Notes: generated from the sequence alone by a model not told the origin. Shown: positions 44,993 to 53,663, numbered from the stretch's first letter. The stretch is 64,000 bases of DNA from Desulfobacterales bacterium (GCA_018335195.1 JAGXKN010000013.1:1941-65940), one strand, 5' to 3'. Program-made: numbers and translations.

Positions 44993-45765
44993 ACTCAAAA
45001 ATTTTTACAGGCGCTGTGGAACATACCCGGCACCTGCCGGTGTATCATCATTTTCAGTACCCGGTCTACATGTACGGCTTTGACATCGACGAATTGTCCG
45101 TACTAGATAAAAAACTGCCGCTCTTCGGATACAACCGGCTGAGGCCCACATCCATCAATGATGCCGATTACCTGGAGAAACGGCCGGGCGAGATAAAGGA
45201 AAAACTTCTGGATCTGCTGCCCGAAACCGACAGGACGCAGGTGGCATCTGTCATGCTGATCACCGCTGCGCGGTACTTTCACTACGTGTTTAACCCGGTT
45301 TGCTTCTATTACTGTTTTGACCGCCGGGGCGATGTGATACGGCTGATTGCGGAAGTCAGCAACACTTACGGAGAGCGGCACGTGTATTTACCAGAGCCCC
45401 TGCCCGAAGGAACTTCTGAAACAGAAATCCGACAATACAAAGCTGAAAAGGCATTTCACGTATCTCCTTTCAACAATATGGCCGGCCGCTATGATTTTTT
45501 CTGCAGCCCGCCGGGAGAGACCATAGACGTTGGGATCAACCTGGTCCGGGAGGGGAGAAAAATCTTTGAGGCGCGTTTGCAGGCAAGGGGCAGGGAGTTG
45601 ACAAGGGCGGCCCATCTCGGGGTTTTGCTGCGCCATCCGGTCGTGCCGCATCTCACCATGCCCCGGATTATTTATGAAGCTATGCGCCTGTATTATCGAA
45701 AGCACATGCCGTGGCACGACAAGCCAGCCCCGTCGGATCCCATGACCATCCGGTATAAACGATGA
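44989..45765 (+). CDS. DUF1365 family protein
   Basis: GAVEHTRHLPVYHHFQYPVYMYGFDIDEL matches the DUF1365 N-terminal signature. It has a 4-nt overlap with the upstream gene. Confidence 0.75.
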   Translation: MNSKIFTGAVEHTRHLPVYHHFQYPVYMYGFDIDELSVLDKKLPLFGYNRLRPTSINDADYLEKRPGEIKEKLLDLLPETDRTQVASVMLITAARYFHYVFNPVCFYYCFDRRGDVIRLIAEVSNTYGERHVYLPEPLPEGTSETEIRQYKAEKAFHVSPFNNMAGRYDFFCSPPGETIDVGINLVREGRKIFEARLQARGRELTRAAHLGVLLRHPVVPHLTMPRIIYEAMRLYYRKHMPWHDKPAPSDPMTIRYKR

Positions 45766-45786
45766 ATGAATCTTTGAGACCCATCC

Positions 45787-47115
45787 CTATGCCTCATAAA
45801 GAAAACCCCTGTCCATGGGGTAATCCGTGGTGTTTCCCCGGGAAAACGTAATCTGGTAAAGCCGCAGGACGGAATTCCGGGTCCGAAAAAACTCGGCGCA
45901 GAAATAAAGATAAGCTCGCCAGGTCCGCCGGAAGCGCTCATCAAACAACTCCGGGTTGAAGCTGTTGATCATCGACCAGTTTGCATCAAAGCTTGCGGCC
46001 CACTGATCCAGAGTCAGGGCGTAGTGACGGCGAAGGTTTTCAATATCGAGTATCTCAAGGCCATAGACCGCCATCAAATCAATGGTCTCGGTGAGGCCGG
46101 GCAGATATCCGCCGGGAAAAATATGTTTCCGGATGAAAAAGTCGGTTTCCATGGGACGGTCATGGGCGATGAAATGAAGCAGGCCGATTCCCCCGGGTTT
46201 CAGGCATCGAGCCATGGACCGGATCCAGTCCTCCAACTGCCTTTTGCCCGCATGTTCGTAAACCCCCAGGGATGCATACTTGTCAAAGGTGCCCGACACC
46301 TGCCGGAAATCATTTTCCTGGACGCGAATTTTTTCCGCGATGCCTTCCTGCCGGGCCTTATCCAGCAACCACCGATTCTGATCGCTCGTAGGGCTCAAGT
46401 TGGTGCCCACAGCACCGTAGTGTTTGACGGCGTGAAAAAGCAGGGAGCCCCAGCCGCCGCCCACGTCGATTAAGTGCTCGCCCGGCTTGAGCCGCAATTT
46501 CCGGCAGACATGATCGAGCTTGTTTTCCTGGGCCTCCCGCAGGCTTTGGGTGCCTTCTTTCCAGTAGGCGCAGGTATAGGTCATGGTGGGATCCAGGTAC
46601 TGCCAGAAGATATCCGATCCGCGGTTGTAGTGGGCCAGGGCATTTTTTACGCCCCTGCTGCTTTTCCGGTTGCCGTACAGCAACTCCTGCCACAGATTGC
46701 GAATTCGGATGAGGGGATTGGGGATGCGCGTCTTTCGGGCGGCTTCGGCCAGGGGCAGCTCATTGTCAGCTGCTGCGCGTATCAGGGCTTTCAAATCCCC
46801 CTCAATATCCACGCTGCCGGTAATGTAAGATTCGATCAATCCCCATCCCGTAAACAGCATGGAGTTGAACTGGGCTTTTTTTGTTTTGTACCGTATGATA
46901 AAGGCCGCCGGCTCGCTGCCATGCGCATAACAGGTGCCGTCGGCAAAAATCACTTTAAAGGGAATCGACGATTTCCCCAAAAACCCAATATACATTGCTT
47001 GCAACAGCCCGGCCATGTTTTTCCTTTCCCGGGGCAAGGTCGATTCGTTCCGGCCAACTTTGCCGGACTTGCATTCGTATGGAAATATTCTCGGCAAGGC
47101 TTCGGATATGTGCAC
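45787..47115 (-). CDS. cyclopropane-fatty-acyl-phospholipid synthase family methyltransferase
   Basis: HYNRGSDIFWQYLDPTMTYTCAYW and LIDVGGGWGSL motifs. An alternative start is MAGLLQAMY at 47016. Confidence 0.85.
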   Translation of the reverse strand: MHISEALPRIFPYECKSGKVGRNESTLPRERKNMAGLLQAMYIGFLGKSSIPFKVIFADGTCYAHGSEPAAFIIRYKTKKAQFNSMLFTGWGLIESYITGSVDIEGDLKALIRAAADNELPLAEAARKTRIPNPLIRIRNLWQELLYGNRKSSRGVKNALAHYNRGSDIFWQYLDPTMTYTCAYWKEGTQSLREAQENKLDHVCRKLRLKPGEHLIDVGGGWGSLLFHAVKHYGAVGTNLSPTSDQNRWLLDKARQEGIAEKIRVQENDFRQVSGTFDKYASLGVYEHAGKRQLEDWIRSMARCLKPGGIGLLHFIAHDRPMETDFFIRKHIFPGGYLPGLTETIDLMAVYGLEILDIENLRRHYALTLDQWAASFDANWSMINSFNPELFDERFRRTWRAYLYFCAEFFRTRNSVLRLYQITFSRGNTTDYPMDRGFLYEA

Positions 47116-47298
47116 TGGCTCAGGATATTATGCACGGCATCAAAACAGGCAAAATCCTTTATACACCAACCTCAAGCAGGTCATGCAACCCTGTTTACTT
47201 TGCTGACAGCCCCACAAGATATCACCGAGCCAGTGCACCGGAACTACAACCCTTGCAATAATTCATAAACAAATGGAAACCGGGCTTCAAACTCCCGG

Positions 47299-47616
47299 TT
47301 ATCCCGGAACGGAAAACGGTGCTGCCTTGCCGATATAGTCCAAGGTCTCCTCGTATTTTGAACGCATGTTCACATGGGCATCTTCGATCTGTTTTTTTTG
47401 CGGACTCCAATCCGACGGACATTCCGTGCGAAGGGACTCGATTTTGTCCTCCAGGTCCTGGATAATGATCTTCATTTCACCAAAGTGTTCCCAGACCTTG
47501 CCTTTTTCCGCAGTACTCATTTTATCGGTCTTGGAGATTACGTCAAACAGTTTGGCCTTCCAAGCGGTCAATTCTGCTGCCATCGAATTACAATAATCTT
47601 TTGGATCCATAAACAA
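47299..47616 (-). CDS. small helical protein, paralog A (KDYC...CPxDWSP motif)
   Basis: A 105-aa ORF that shares KDYC, KAxLxDV and CP(S/P)DWSPxKxxI with the adjacent ORF 47768..48076. Confidence 0.55.
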   Translation of the reverse strand: MFMDPKDYCNSMAAELTAWKAKLFDVISKTDKMSTAEKGKVWEHFGEMKIIIQDLEDKIESLRTECPSDWSPQKKQIEDAHVNMRSKYEETLDYIGKAAPFSVPG

Positions 47617-47767
47617 AACCTCCTTTTTAAATTAAATGTTTTCAGTCTTCAAAAAACGCATCAATTGCCGTTTTTGCCTCCTCCCAAGCTTTCACCGCAC
47701 GATTATTCCCACTCTGCCAAAAATACAACTCCCTGAATAAAGCATTGCGGCAAGCCATTGGATCCGA

Positions 47768-48076
47768 TTAAATCCACGCCGTAGTATCCGGGACAGTGAT
47801 CTCGAGATGATCGGCGATTTCTTCCAACGTTTTCGAAAGCCTGGTCATACTCTCATCGATCTTTTGTTTATTGGGCGACCAGTCCGGGGGACATTGATTG
47901 CGTAGTTCCTCCAGTTCTTTTTCAATACTGTCGACCAGAGACTGCAATTGTTTCGCAGTCTCTGCATGCGTCGAATCCGATACTTTTTCCGCATTCATGA
48001 GCACATCATATAAACCGGCCTTTATACCGACCAGTCGCTTATAGGTGTTGTCACAATAATCCTTCACATCTTTCAT
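47768..48076 (-). CDS. small helical protein, paralog B (KDYC...CPxDWSP motif)
   Basis: A 102-aa ORF, tandem paralog of 47299..47616. Confidence 0.55.
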   Translation of the reverse strand: MKDVKDYCDNTYKRLVGIKAGLYDVLMNAEKVSDSTHAETAKQLQSLVDSIEKELEELRNQCPPDWSPNKQKIDESMTRLSKTLEEIADHLEITVPDTTAWI

Positions 48077-48179
48077 CTGCTTGCTCCTTTATCCGGCATC
48101 TTGGTGTCTGAGTCCTATTTTAAGCATGTTTCAGAAAGCCGCAAATACATTTCCTGTTGCGCAGGCTGAGGGCCGTTCA

Positions 48180-49022
48180 TCAGCGCTTGTAACGGGACGC
48201 GGGCACAAGCAGCATCCACCCGAGCTTCAGCCACTTGGGGTCCCGGTAATTGGCAAGCCCGATTTTCATGGCAGTATGCCCGGCAGCCGGCTGGTCGCGA
48301 TATGTCCCAAACAACCGGTCCCACCATGAAAGATTGAATCCATAGTTGCTGTCGGTTTCCCGGATGCGCACCGAGTGATGAACCCGGTGCATGTCCGGAG
48401 TCACGATAAAACGCCGGATCCAGCGATCAACCCGGAAATTCATGGATATGTTGCTGTGGTTAAACATCGAGGTGCCGTTGAGCAGGACCTCAAAGGCCAC
48501 CACCGACCACGCAGGGGGGCCCAGGGCGGCAACGGCGCCCATTTTAATCGCCATGGAAAGAATGATTTCAACCGGATGGAACCTTGCGCCCGTGGTGACG
48601 TCAATATCAAGATCCGTATGATGCATCCGGTGAAGACGCCAAAAGACCGGAACCTTGTGAAAAACCACATGCTGGAAATAAACGGTCAGGTCAAGGATGA
48701 CAATCGCGGCAAGCCCGCCGACCCATGCCGGCAGAGATATCGCATGAAACAAACCCCATCCCTTTTCATCCGCGATCAGGGCCGTTCCCACGGCAGCAGC
48801 CGGAAACACGAGCCTGAGCAAAAAAGCGTTAACAGATGTCAGCACCAGATTATTGGCCCACCGGGTCAATTTGCTTTGCTGCAGAAACCGCCTGGGGGCC
48901 GCGGCTTCCCAGGCGGCCATGGCAAAAAAGACCCCCAGAAAAAATCCGAGCCGGACAAACATTTCATTGCCGATAAGAAGCGCATTCACGGTGTTACTCT
49001 CTCCCTGTCTGCCTTTTGACAA
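48180..49022 (-). CDS. sterol desaturase / fatty acid hydroxylase superfamily membrane protein
   Basis: Di-iron His boxes HVVFH, HRMHH and HRVHH, with a multi-TM N-terminal half. Confidence 0.8.
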   Translation of the reverse strand: MSKGRQGESNTVNALLIGNEMFVRLGFFLGVFFAMAAWEAAAPRRFLQQSKLTRWANNLVLTSVNAFLLRLVFPAAAVGTALIADEKGWGLFHAISLPAWVGGLAAIVILDLTVYFQHVVFHKVPVFWRLHRMHHTDLDIDVTTGARFHPVEIILSMAIKMGAVAALGPPAWSVVAFEVLLNGTSMFNHSNISMNFRVDRWIRRFIVTPDMHRVHHSVRIRETDSNYGFNLSWWDRLFGTYRDQPAAGHTAMKIGLANYRDPKWLKLGWMLLVPASRYKR

Positions 49023-49049
49023 ACATTTATAGGTGATTATCTAGTTATA

Positions 49050-49742
49050 ATGATGAAAACACTTGATGAATCCAAATGCCTCATAGTTTTTGTCAAGGCC
49101 CCGGTCCGGGGCACAGTGAAGACCCGGCTGGCCGAAGACCTGGGGGATTCCGGTGCTGTTCGGCTATACAGGGCTCTTGTGGAAGATCTCCTGGCCACTA
49201 TATACCGTATGAACATAAATCTGCGCATTTTTTATCATCCCGGCAAACACGAAGCGTTAATGCGCAAGTGGCTCGGGGCAGACGCGCCGCTGTTTGTACA
49301 GCAGGGCGCCGACCTGGGCCAGCGCATGCATCACGCACTCGGCTGCACTGCAGCCGAAGGATTCCGCAGTGTCGTTTTAATCGGCTCAGACATACCCGGT
49401 CTCAATGACCAAATCATTAACAATGCCTTTTCCCTCCTGGGAGCATATCCGGCGGTAATCGGTCCTGCCGTGGACGGGGGATACTACCTGATCGGCTTCA
49501 GGGCCGGCTGTATTTTCATGGGAGCCTTCACCGGCATTGACTGGGGAACGCCGAATGTCCTGGAAAAAACGCTTCAGCGGTTCCGGCAAAAAGGCAAAGA
49601 AACCCCCCTGTTACCGTCCCTCAGGGATATCGACACCCGGGCGGACCTGCAGGCCTTTGCCGCAGGCCTGTCAGATGGCGCCGCCCGCTCTTCCCGGCTT
49701 CAACACATGCGGGCGGTACTTGGGGAAATGAAGATGATCTGA
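49050..49742 (+). CDS. DUF2064 / TIGR04282-type glycosyltransferase-like protein
   Basis: CLIVFVKAPVRGTVKTRLAEDLGDSGAVRLYRALVEDLL is the DUF2064 N-terminal signature. Confidence 0.7.
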   Translation: MMKTLDESKCLIVFVKAPVRGTVKTRLAEDLGDSGAVRLYRALVEDLLATIYRMNINLRIFYHPGKHEALMRKWLGADAPLFVQQGADLGQRMHHALGCTAAEGFRSVVLIGSDIPGLNDQIINNAFSLLGAYPAVIGPAVDGGYYLIGFRAGCIFMGAFTGIDWGTPNVLEKTLQRFRQKGKETPLLPSLRDIDTRADLQAFAAGLSDGAARSSRLQHMRAVLGEMKMI

Positions 49743-49768
49743 ACCCGAGGGAAATTTCTTTCGGAAAA

Positions 49769-50488
49769 ATGCGGAACACAAAACCCATGAACATGGATCT
49801 TTCTCCGGCGGTTTCCGTTATCGTACCGGTTTTACATGAAACCGCGGTCATTGAGCAGACCTGCGCGCATCTGCTGGCCGCGTGCGGCGGAAGGAATGCA
49901 GAGATCATCATTGTTGACGGCGATCCCCGCGGCTCGACCATAAATCGCGTGGATTCCCAACAGATCCGAACCCTGACGGCATCCCGCGGGCGCGCCGCAC
50001 AGATGAATGCCGGCGCAAGCGCCGCCAGGGGACGCTTGCTGCTGTTTGTTCACGCCGATACCCGTCTTCCAGAAAGCGCGGTCCGGGATGTGCTCGAAAT
50101 TTGCCGCAGGCCTTCAATTGCAGGAGGCGCCTTTTTACTCAGCATAGACAGTAAAAAAGGCTTTTTCCGGGCAGCCCAGGCCTGGGCCAATCTTCGCTGC
50201 CGCCTGACCCGGATACCCTACGGGGATCAGGCCGTGTTTATGAAAAAACGAATCTTCCGGGCTTTTGGCGGCTATGCCGATATTCCGCTCATGGAAGATA
50301 TCGATCTCATGCAGCGGCTGAAACGAAACGGATTTAAAATCGCGCTGATCCGGAAACCCGTTCAGACCTCGGCCCGGCGCTGGGAAAAAGAGGGCCGGAT
50401 TTACGGCATGATCCGCAACAACCTGCTTTCGTGCCTGTATTATGCAGGCGTCAAACCCGCCTTGCTGAAAAAGTTTTACAAAACTTAG
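49769..50488 (+). CDS. family 2 glycosyltransferase (TIGR04283-type partner of DUF2064)
   Basis: VSVIVPVLHE...AEIIIVDGDPRGST...FVHADTRLP (GT2 DxD-type core). It sits immediately after the DUF2064 gene, as in the known pair. Confidence 0.7.
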   Translation: MRNTKPMNMDLSPAVSVIVPVLHETAVIEQTCAHLLAACGGRNAEIIIVDGDPRGSTINRVDSQQIRTLTASRGRAAQMNAGASAARGRLLLFVHADTRLPESAVRDVLEICRRPSIAGGAFLLSIDSKKGFFRAAQAWANLRCRLTRIPYGDQAVFMKKRIFRAFGGYADIPLMEDIDLMQRLKRNGFKIALIRKPVQTSARRWEKEGRIYGMIRNNLLSCLYYAGVKPALLKKFYKT

Positions 50489-50729
50489 ACCCGTCTTCAT
50501 TTTTTCATCCGGATCGCAAAAACAAGCGGAATAAACCCGGCTGCCGGCGTATGAGTGCGGCTACAACTCCCGTCCAAACGGTTTGGTGGCTGGCCCCCCG
50601 GCCCGCTCGCTGATATACGGGCCCCGAGTTTTTCCAGTTGGCCATTCGCCGGTGATGGGCCAGAAGCATTTCCTGTGCTGCATTTAAAGCCATGACTGTT
50701 ATCCTTGTATTTTTTCGGTCAGATTCATT

Positions 50730-51494
50730 TTATTCAGCGGCTTTCATCACGATATCGCCATAATAGGAAACCGTTGACTCACCGGTATTGTCCGAATCGG
50801 TCATGATGGCAATTGCCCGGATCATGGGCGGATCTTCTTCTCCAAAGGCTTTTCTGTAGTCCGCTAAAATATTGCGGGACTCGGAAACCCAGGTATCTGT
50901 CTTTTCCTTTCCGGTTTCCACCACGATCATGCTCACCCGGTCTGTGAATGCGCTTGACACGATTTTGCCTTCCGGTGCATTGCTGGCCCATATGTAGGTA
51001 AGTGCCCCTGTGGGCGGGTATTCTCCGTGAAGCATCCTGGCTGCCTTGAATTTCGCACGTTCGAAAAACCCGACCTTGTCCGGATCGTATTCAAAAGCGA
51101 TATAAACGCGAGCCGGGTAGTCGTCCCCGGATTTTTGGGTGACATCGCCTTTTTCGTAGACGCCGGTTGCCCGCCAGCGCCATTGGATTACCGGATATTT
51201 CCGGGGGTCGATGCGCACCTTGCGGATTAAACCGGATGCAGATGCATCACTTTCCGCGCGTATAACCGCAGTGCCCTTGTCATCGACCAGGCGATAGTCT
51301 GTATGCGCGTCAATTTTTTCAAATGTCAGCGGCTCCCAGTCCGATGGTATCCCGTCAGCGGGATCCGCATCAGAAAACTTGCCCACATGAAGGACTCGGT
51401 TGTTTTCTGCCGCGGCATCGGCGCCGGCGACAACTGACGTGAGAACAGAAAATAATACAAACAGCGAAATCATCGCAATGCGAGTTCGGGTCAT
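50730..51494 (-). CDS. DUF3047 domain-containing secreted protein
   Basis: The chosen start is MTRTRIAMISLFVLF (signal peptide); an alternative start is at 51560. The block PVIQWRWRATGVYEKGDVTQKSGDDYPARVYIAF is DUF3047-like. Confidence 0.65.
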   Translation of the reverse strand: MTRTRIAMISLFVLFSVLTSVVAGADAAAENNRVLHVGKFSDADPADGIPSDWEPLTFEKIDAHTDYRLVDDKGTAVIRAESDASASGLIRKVRIDPRKYPVIQWRWRATGVYEKGDVTQKSGDDYPARVYIAFEYDPDKVGFFERAKFKAARMLHGEYPPTGALTYIWASNAPEGKIVSSAFTDRVSMIVVETGKEKTDTWVSESRNILADYRKAFGEEDPPMIRAIAIMTDSDNTGESTVSYYGDIVMKAAE

Positions 51495-51571
51495 CGGGGG
51501 TCCCTTGCCCGAACTTCCGCCGCCGGAAAACTCAAATGCGGTTGTTCTGCTTTTTTCCATAAAAGCCGCCT

Positions 51572-51856
51572 TTAATCGTTCCTGCCCACGCGAACCGCAC
51601 ATCCGATCACGTCGGTGTCTTCTGTCTGCCAATGCAGACATGATCGCCGCGAGATTGCCCGCGGGGAAAAATCGGCCCTGCTGTTTAGCCGGAATGGGAC
51701 CGCTGAGACGGCAAACTCCCGGGTGAAGACCTGGTCGTAATTCAAAGAAAGCGCATCCGGGTCCCTGGCGGCCAGAGTTCCGACCGGTTCTCGGTTGTGT
51801 TCGACAACAGCCGATTCCAAGGCATGCCAGGCCTTAGGGTAAAAACGCGAGTTCAT
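51572..51856 (-). pseudogene. N-terminal remnant of a GH100 (neutral invertase-like) glycoside hydrolase
   Basis: From M at 51856, KAWHALESAVVEHNREPVGTLAARDPDALSLNYDQVFTREFAVSAVPF matches the conserved GH100 N-terminal block. Similarity is lost after about 60 aa. Confidence 0.45.
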
Positions 51857-51902
51857 CAGAAAAATTACCTCGCAGGCAAAAATGCATCGGTGAATAAATA
51901 TT

Positions 51903-51931
51903 TTGCAATTACGTAACTGTATATTTAAATT
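51903..51931 (+). promoter_or_regulatory. putative merR promoter with an embedded TTACGTAA operator; likely leaderless
   Basis: TTGCAA (51903-08), a 17-nt spacer containing TTACGTAACTGTAT, then TAAATT (51926-31). The ATG lies 7 nt after the -10 element. Confidence 0.45.
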
Positions 51932-51937
51932 ATAGGT

Positions 51938-52417
51938 ATGAATCAAACAGATCACAAAAATTTATTTCAAATCGGTGAGATTGCCCAAAAGGCAGGAACC
52001 TCGGTGCGAACGGTAAGGTATTACCTGGAGGAGAATTTGATCCAGGCCGAAGACAGGAGCCCGGGCGGATTTTACCTGTTTACACCCGAGGTCGCGCAAA
52101 CGGTCTTTTATATCCGAAAGCTAAAGGACGCCGGGCTGGCTTTAAAGGATATAAAAAAAATTTACCATGCCAGGCATAATGGGAAAACCGGAGATGAGGC
52201 GTATCAGGAAGTATTAAAACATCTTGAGGCGCAAAAGGCGCTGGTGGAACAAAAAATTGCCGATTATCAGCTTTTGGAAAGCGAAATCAAGGAAGCCATC
52301 GATCTTGTGCGGAAGTGTGACGGCTGCCGTGTTAAGCCGTCCCGGCAAAACTGTGAAAACTGCCCGGTGGTAAAATCGGCAAGCAAAATCCCCTGGCCGG
52401 TCCAGGCCATACTTTAG
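51938..52417 (+). CDS. MerR family transcriptional regulator with a C-terminal Cys cluster
   Basis: HTH FQIGEIAQKAGTSVRTVRYYLEENLI, a coiled coil, and CDGCRVKPSRQNCENCP. Confidence 0.8.
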   Translation: MNQTDHKNLFQIGEIAQKAGTSVRTVRYYLEENLIQAEDRSPGGFYLFTPEVAQTVFYIRKLKDAGLALKDIKKIYHARHNGKTGDEAYQEVLKHLEAQKALVEQKIADYQLLESEIKEAIDLVRKCDGCRVKPSRQNCENCPVVKSASKIPWPVQAIL

Positions 52418-52512
52418 CCCCCGCCTGCACGGATCTTTTTTAAAATGTCCGGCCTGGCAGGCCCCCCAAAAAATGGCGCATGTCGATCGGCAAATATTTT
52501 ATACAGAAATAT

Positions 52513-52529
52513 ATACAGTTACGTAATTG
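52513..52529 (-). promoter_or_regulatory. second copy (inverted) of the CAATTACGTAACTGTAT operator-like motif
   Basis: ATACAGTTACGTAATTG is the reverse complement of the motif at 51906-51922. It lies between merR and the flavoprotein gene. Confidence 0.45.
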
Positions 52530-52610
52530 TTTAAATCGGCGGACGCGGTTTTAAAAGATGCCGCCCAAAAAAGTGCCAAAACAAGCAGAAGCGGGAACAA
52601 AGGAGGACAA

Positions 52611-53267
52611 ATGAAAATTTTAGGCGTTTCCGGCTCCCCGATTAAAAACAGCAACACGGACAGGGCCGTAAAAACCGTGCTGGAAGCCACGGGCGCAGAA
52701 ACCGAGTTCATTAAACTCAGTGAATTTCAAATCGAGCCCTGCCGTGCCTGCTTGGGATGCGTGGATACAAATCAATGCGTTATCGGAGATGACCGCAATA
52801 TGCTGGCTGAAAAAGCAAAACAGGCAGATGGCCTCGTGGTTGGCGGATATACCCCTTATTCAAGCATTGACGGCCGGACCAAGGCGTTTCTCGAAAGACT
52901 GTATCCGCTTCGGCACAAGCATGGATTCATGAGCGGTAAATCCGGGGTTGCCGTGGTGACATGTGCGATCCCGGAAGACTGTTAAGGCATGCCCCCGGCC
53001 TGCGAAAGCGGTGCCAACAGCATCTTCTATTTCATGATGGAAGAAGGCATGAATTTTCTGGGATCCGTAAAAATCCGGGGAAACATCCCCTGCATCCGTT
53101 GCGGCTACGGAGACGAGTGCCAGATGGCCGGCGTCAAAATGATTTTCGGCCCGGAAGCCACCCTGGATACGGTGGGCATCAACAAATTTGAAACCCAGGC
53201 GGAGACCGAAAAAGCCGCCAGAGATCTCGGCACCGGGTTGGCAGCGGCTTTAACGAAGCAAGGCTGA
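52611..53267 (+). pseudogene. iron-sulfur flavoprotein (Isf / NADPH-dependent FMN reductase family) with an in-frame TAA at 52983-52985
   Basis: MKILGVSGSPIKNSNTDR..., and the compact CX2CX2CX5C motif EPCRACLGCVDTNQC. Track ORFs 52527..52985 and 52989..53267 share one frame and are separated by a single TAA. Confidence 0.6.
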
Positions 53268-53387
53268 TCCCAGGGAAGAAAATCGCTGGCGTTGCTCAAA
53301 TCCCGGAATTAGTGTTTATGGATACAATGACGGAATTGCTGCAATCTTTCCATCCCCCGGGAGAAACAATCGATTTTATGAGAATTC

Positions 53388-53663
53388 ATGGACAAACCGT
53401 TTGTGGTCCTGGACTCCCAGACCCGGCAGGAAATGCAGCAATTGCTGCTGCAACTGTGGGAGCGCTTTTCCCATACTGTGGTGTTTGTCACCCATAATTT
53501 CCGGGAAGCGGTCACCTTTGCCGACCGGGTGGCCATCATGGACAAAAACCCGGGACGGGTAAAAGAAGTGATTGATATCGAGCTGGAAAGACCCCGGGAT
53601 CCGGGTGGAAACCTTTTTCACAAGCAATGTGTCCAATTCGATGACCTGCTGCGCAGCACCTGA
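53388..53663 (+). pseudogene. C-terminal fragment of an ABC transporter ATPase (SsuB/TauB-like)
   Basis: It starts at the Walker-B remnant MDKPF (normally LLMDEPF), followed by the D-loop/H-loop region VVFVTHNFREA. Walker A and the signature motif are absent, and there is a stop just upstream in frame. Confidence 0.6.

Noticed and set aside
50505-50693. A 62-aa minus-strand ORF (MALNAAQEMLLAHHRRMANWKNSG...) with an AAGGA 9 nt upstream lies in the gap between the GT2 and DUF3047 genes.
   Set aside because: There is no recognisable motif, the C-terminal half is Arg/Gly-rich and looks like noise, and nothing supports it beyond a weak SD. It is left unannotated.
52983-52985. The in-frame stop in the Isf flavoprotein gene was considered as a recoding (Sec/Pyl) site, like the two UGA cases.
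   Set aside because: The codon is TAA, which is not used for selenocysteine or pyrrolysine. It does not fall at a conserved Cys, and no downstream hairpin was noticed. It is treated as a nonsense mutation or a possible sequencing error.
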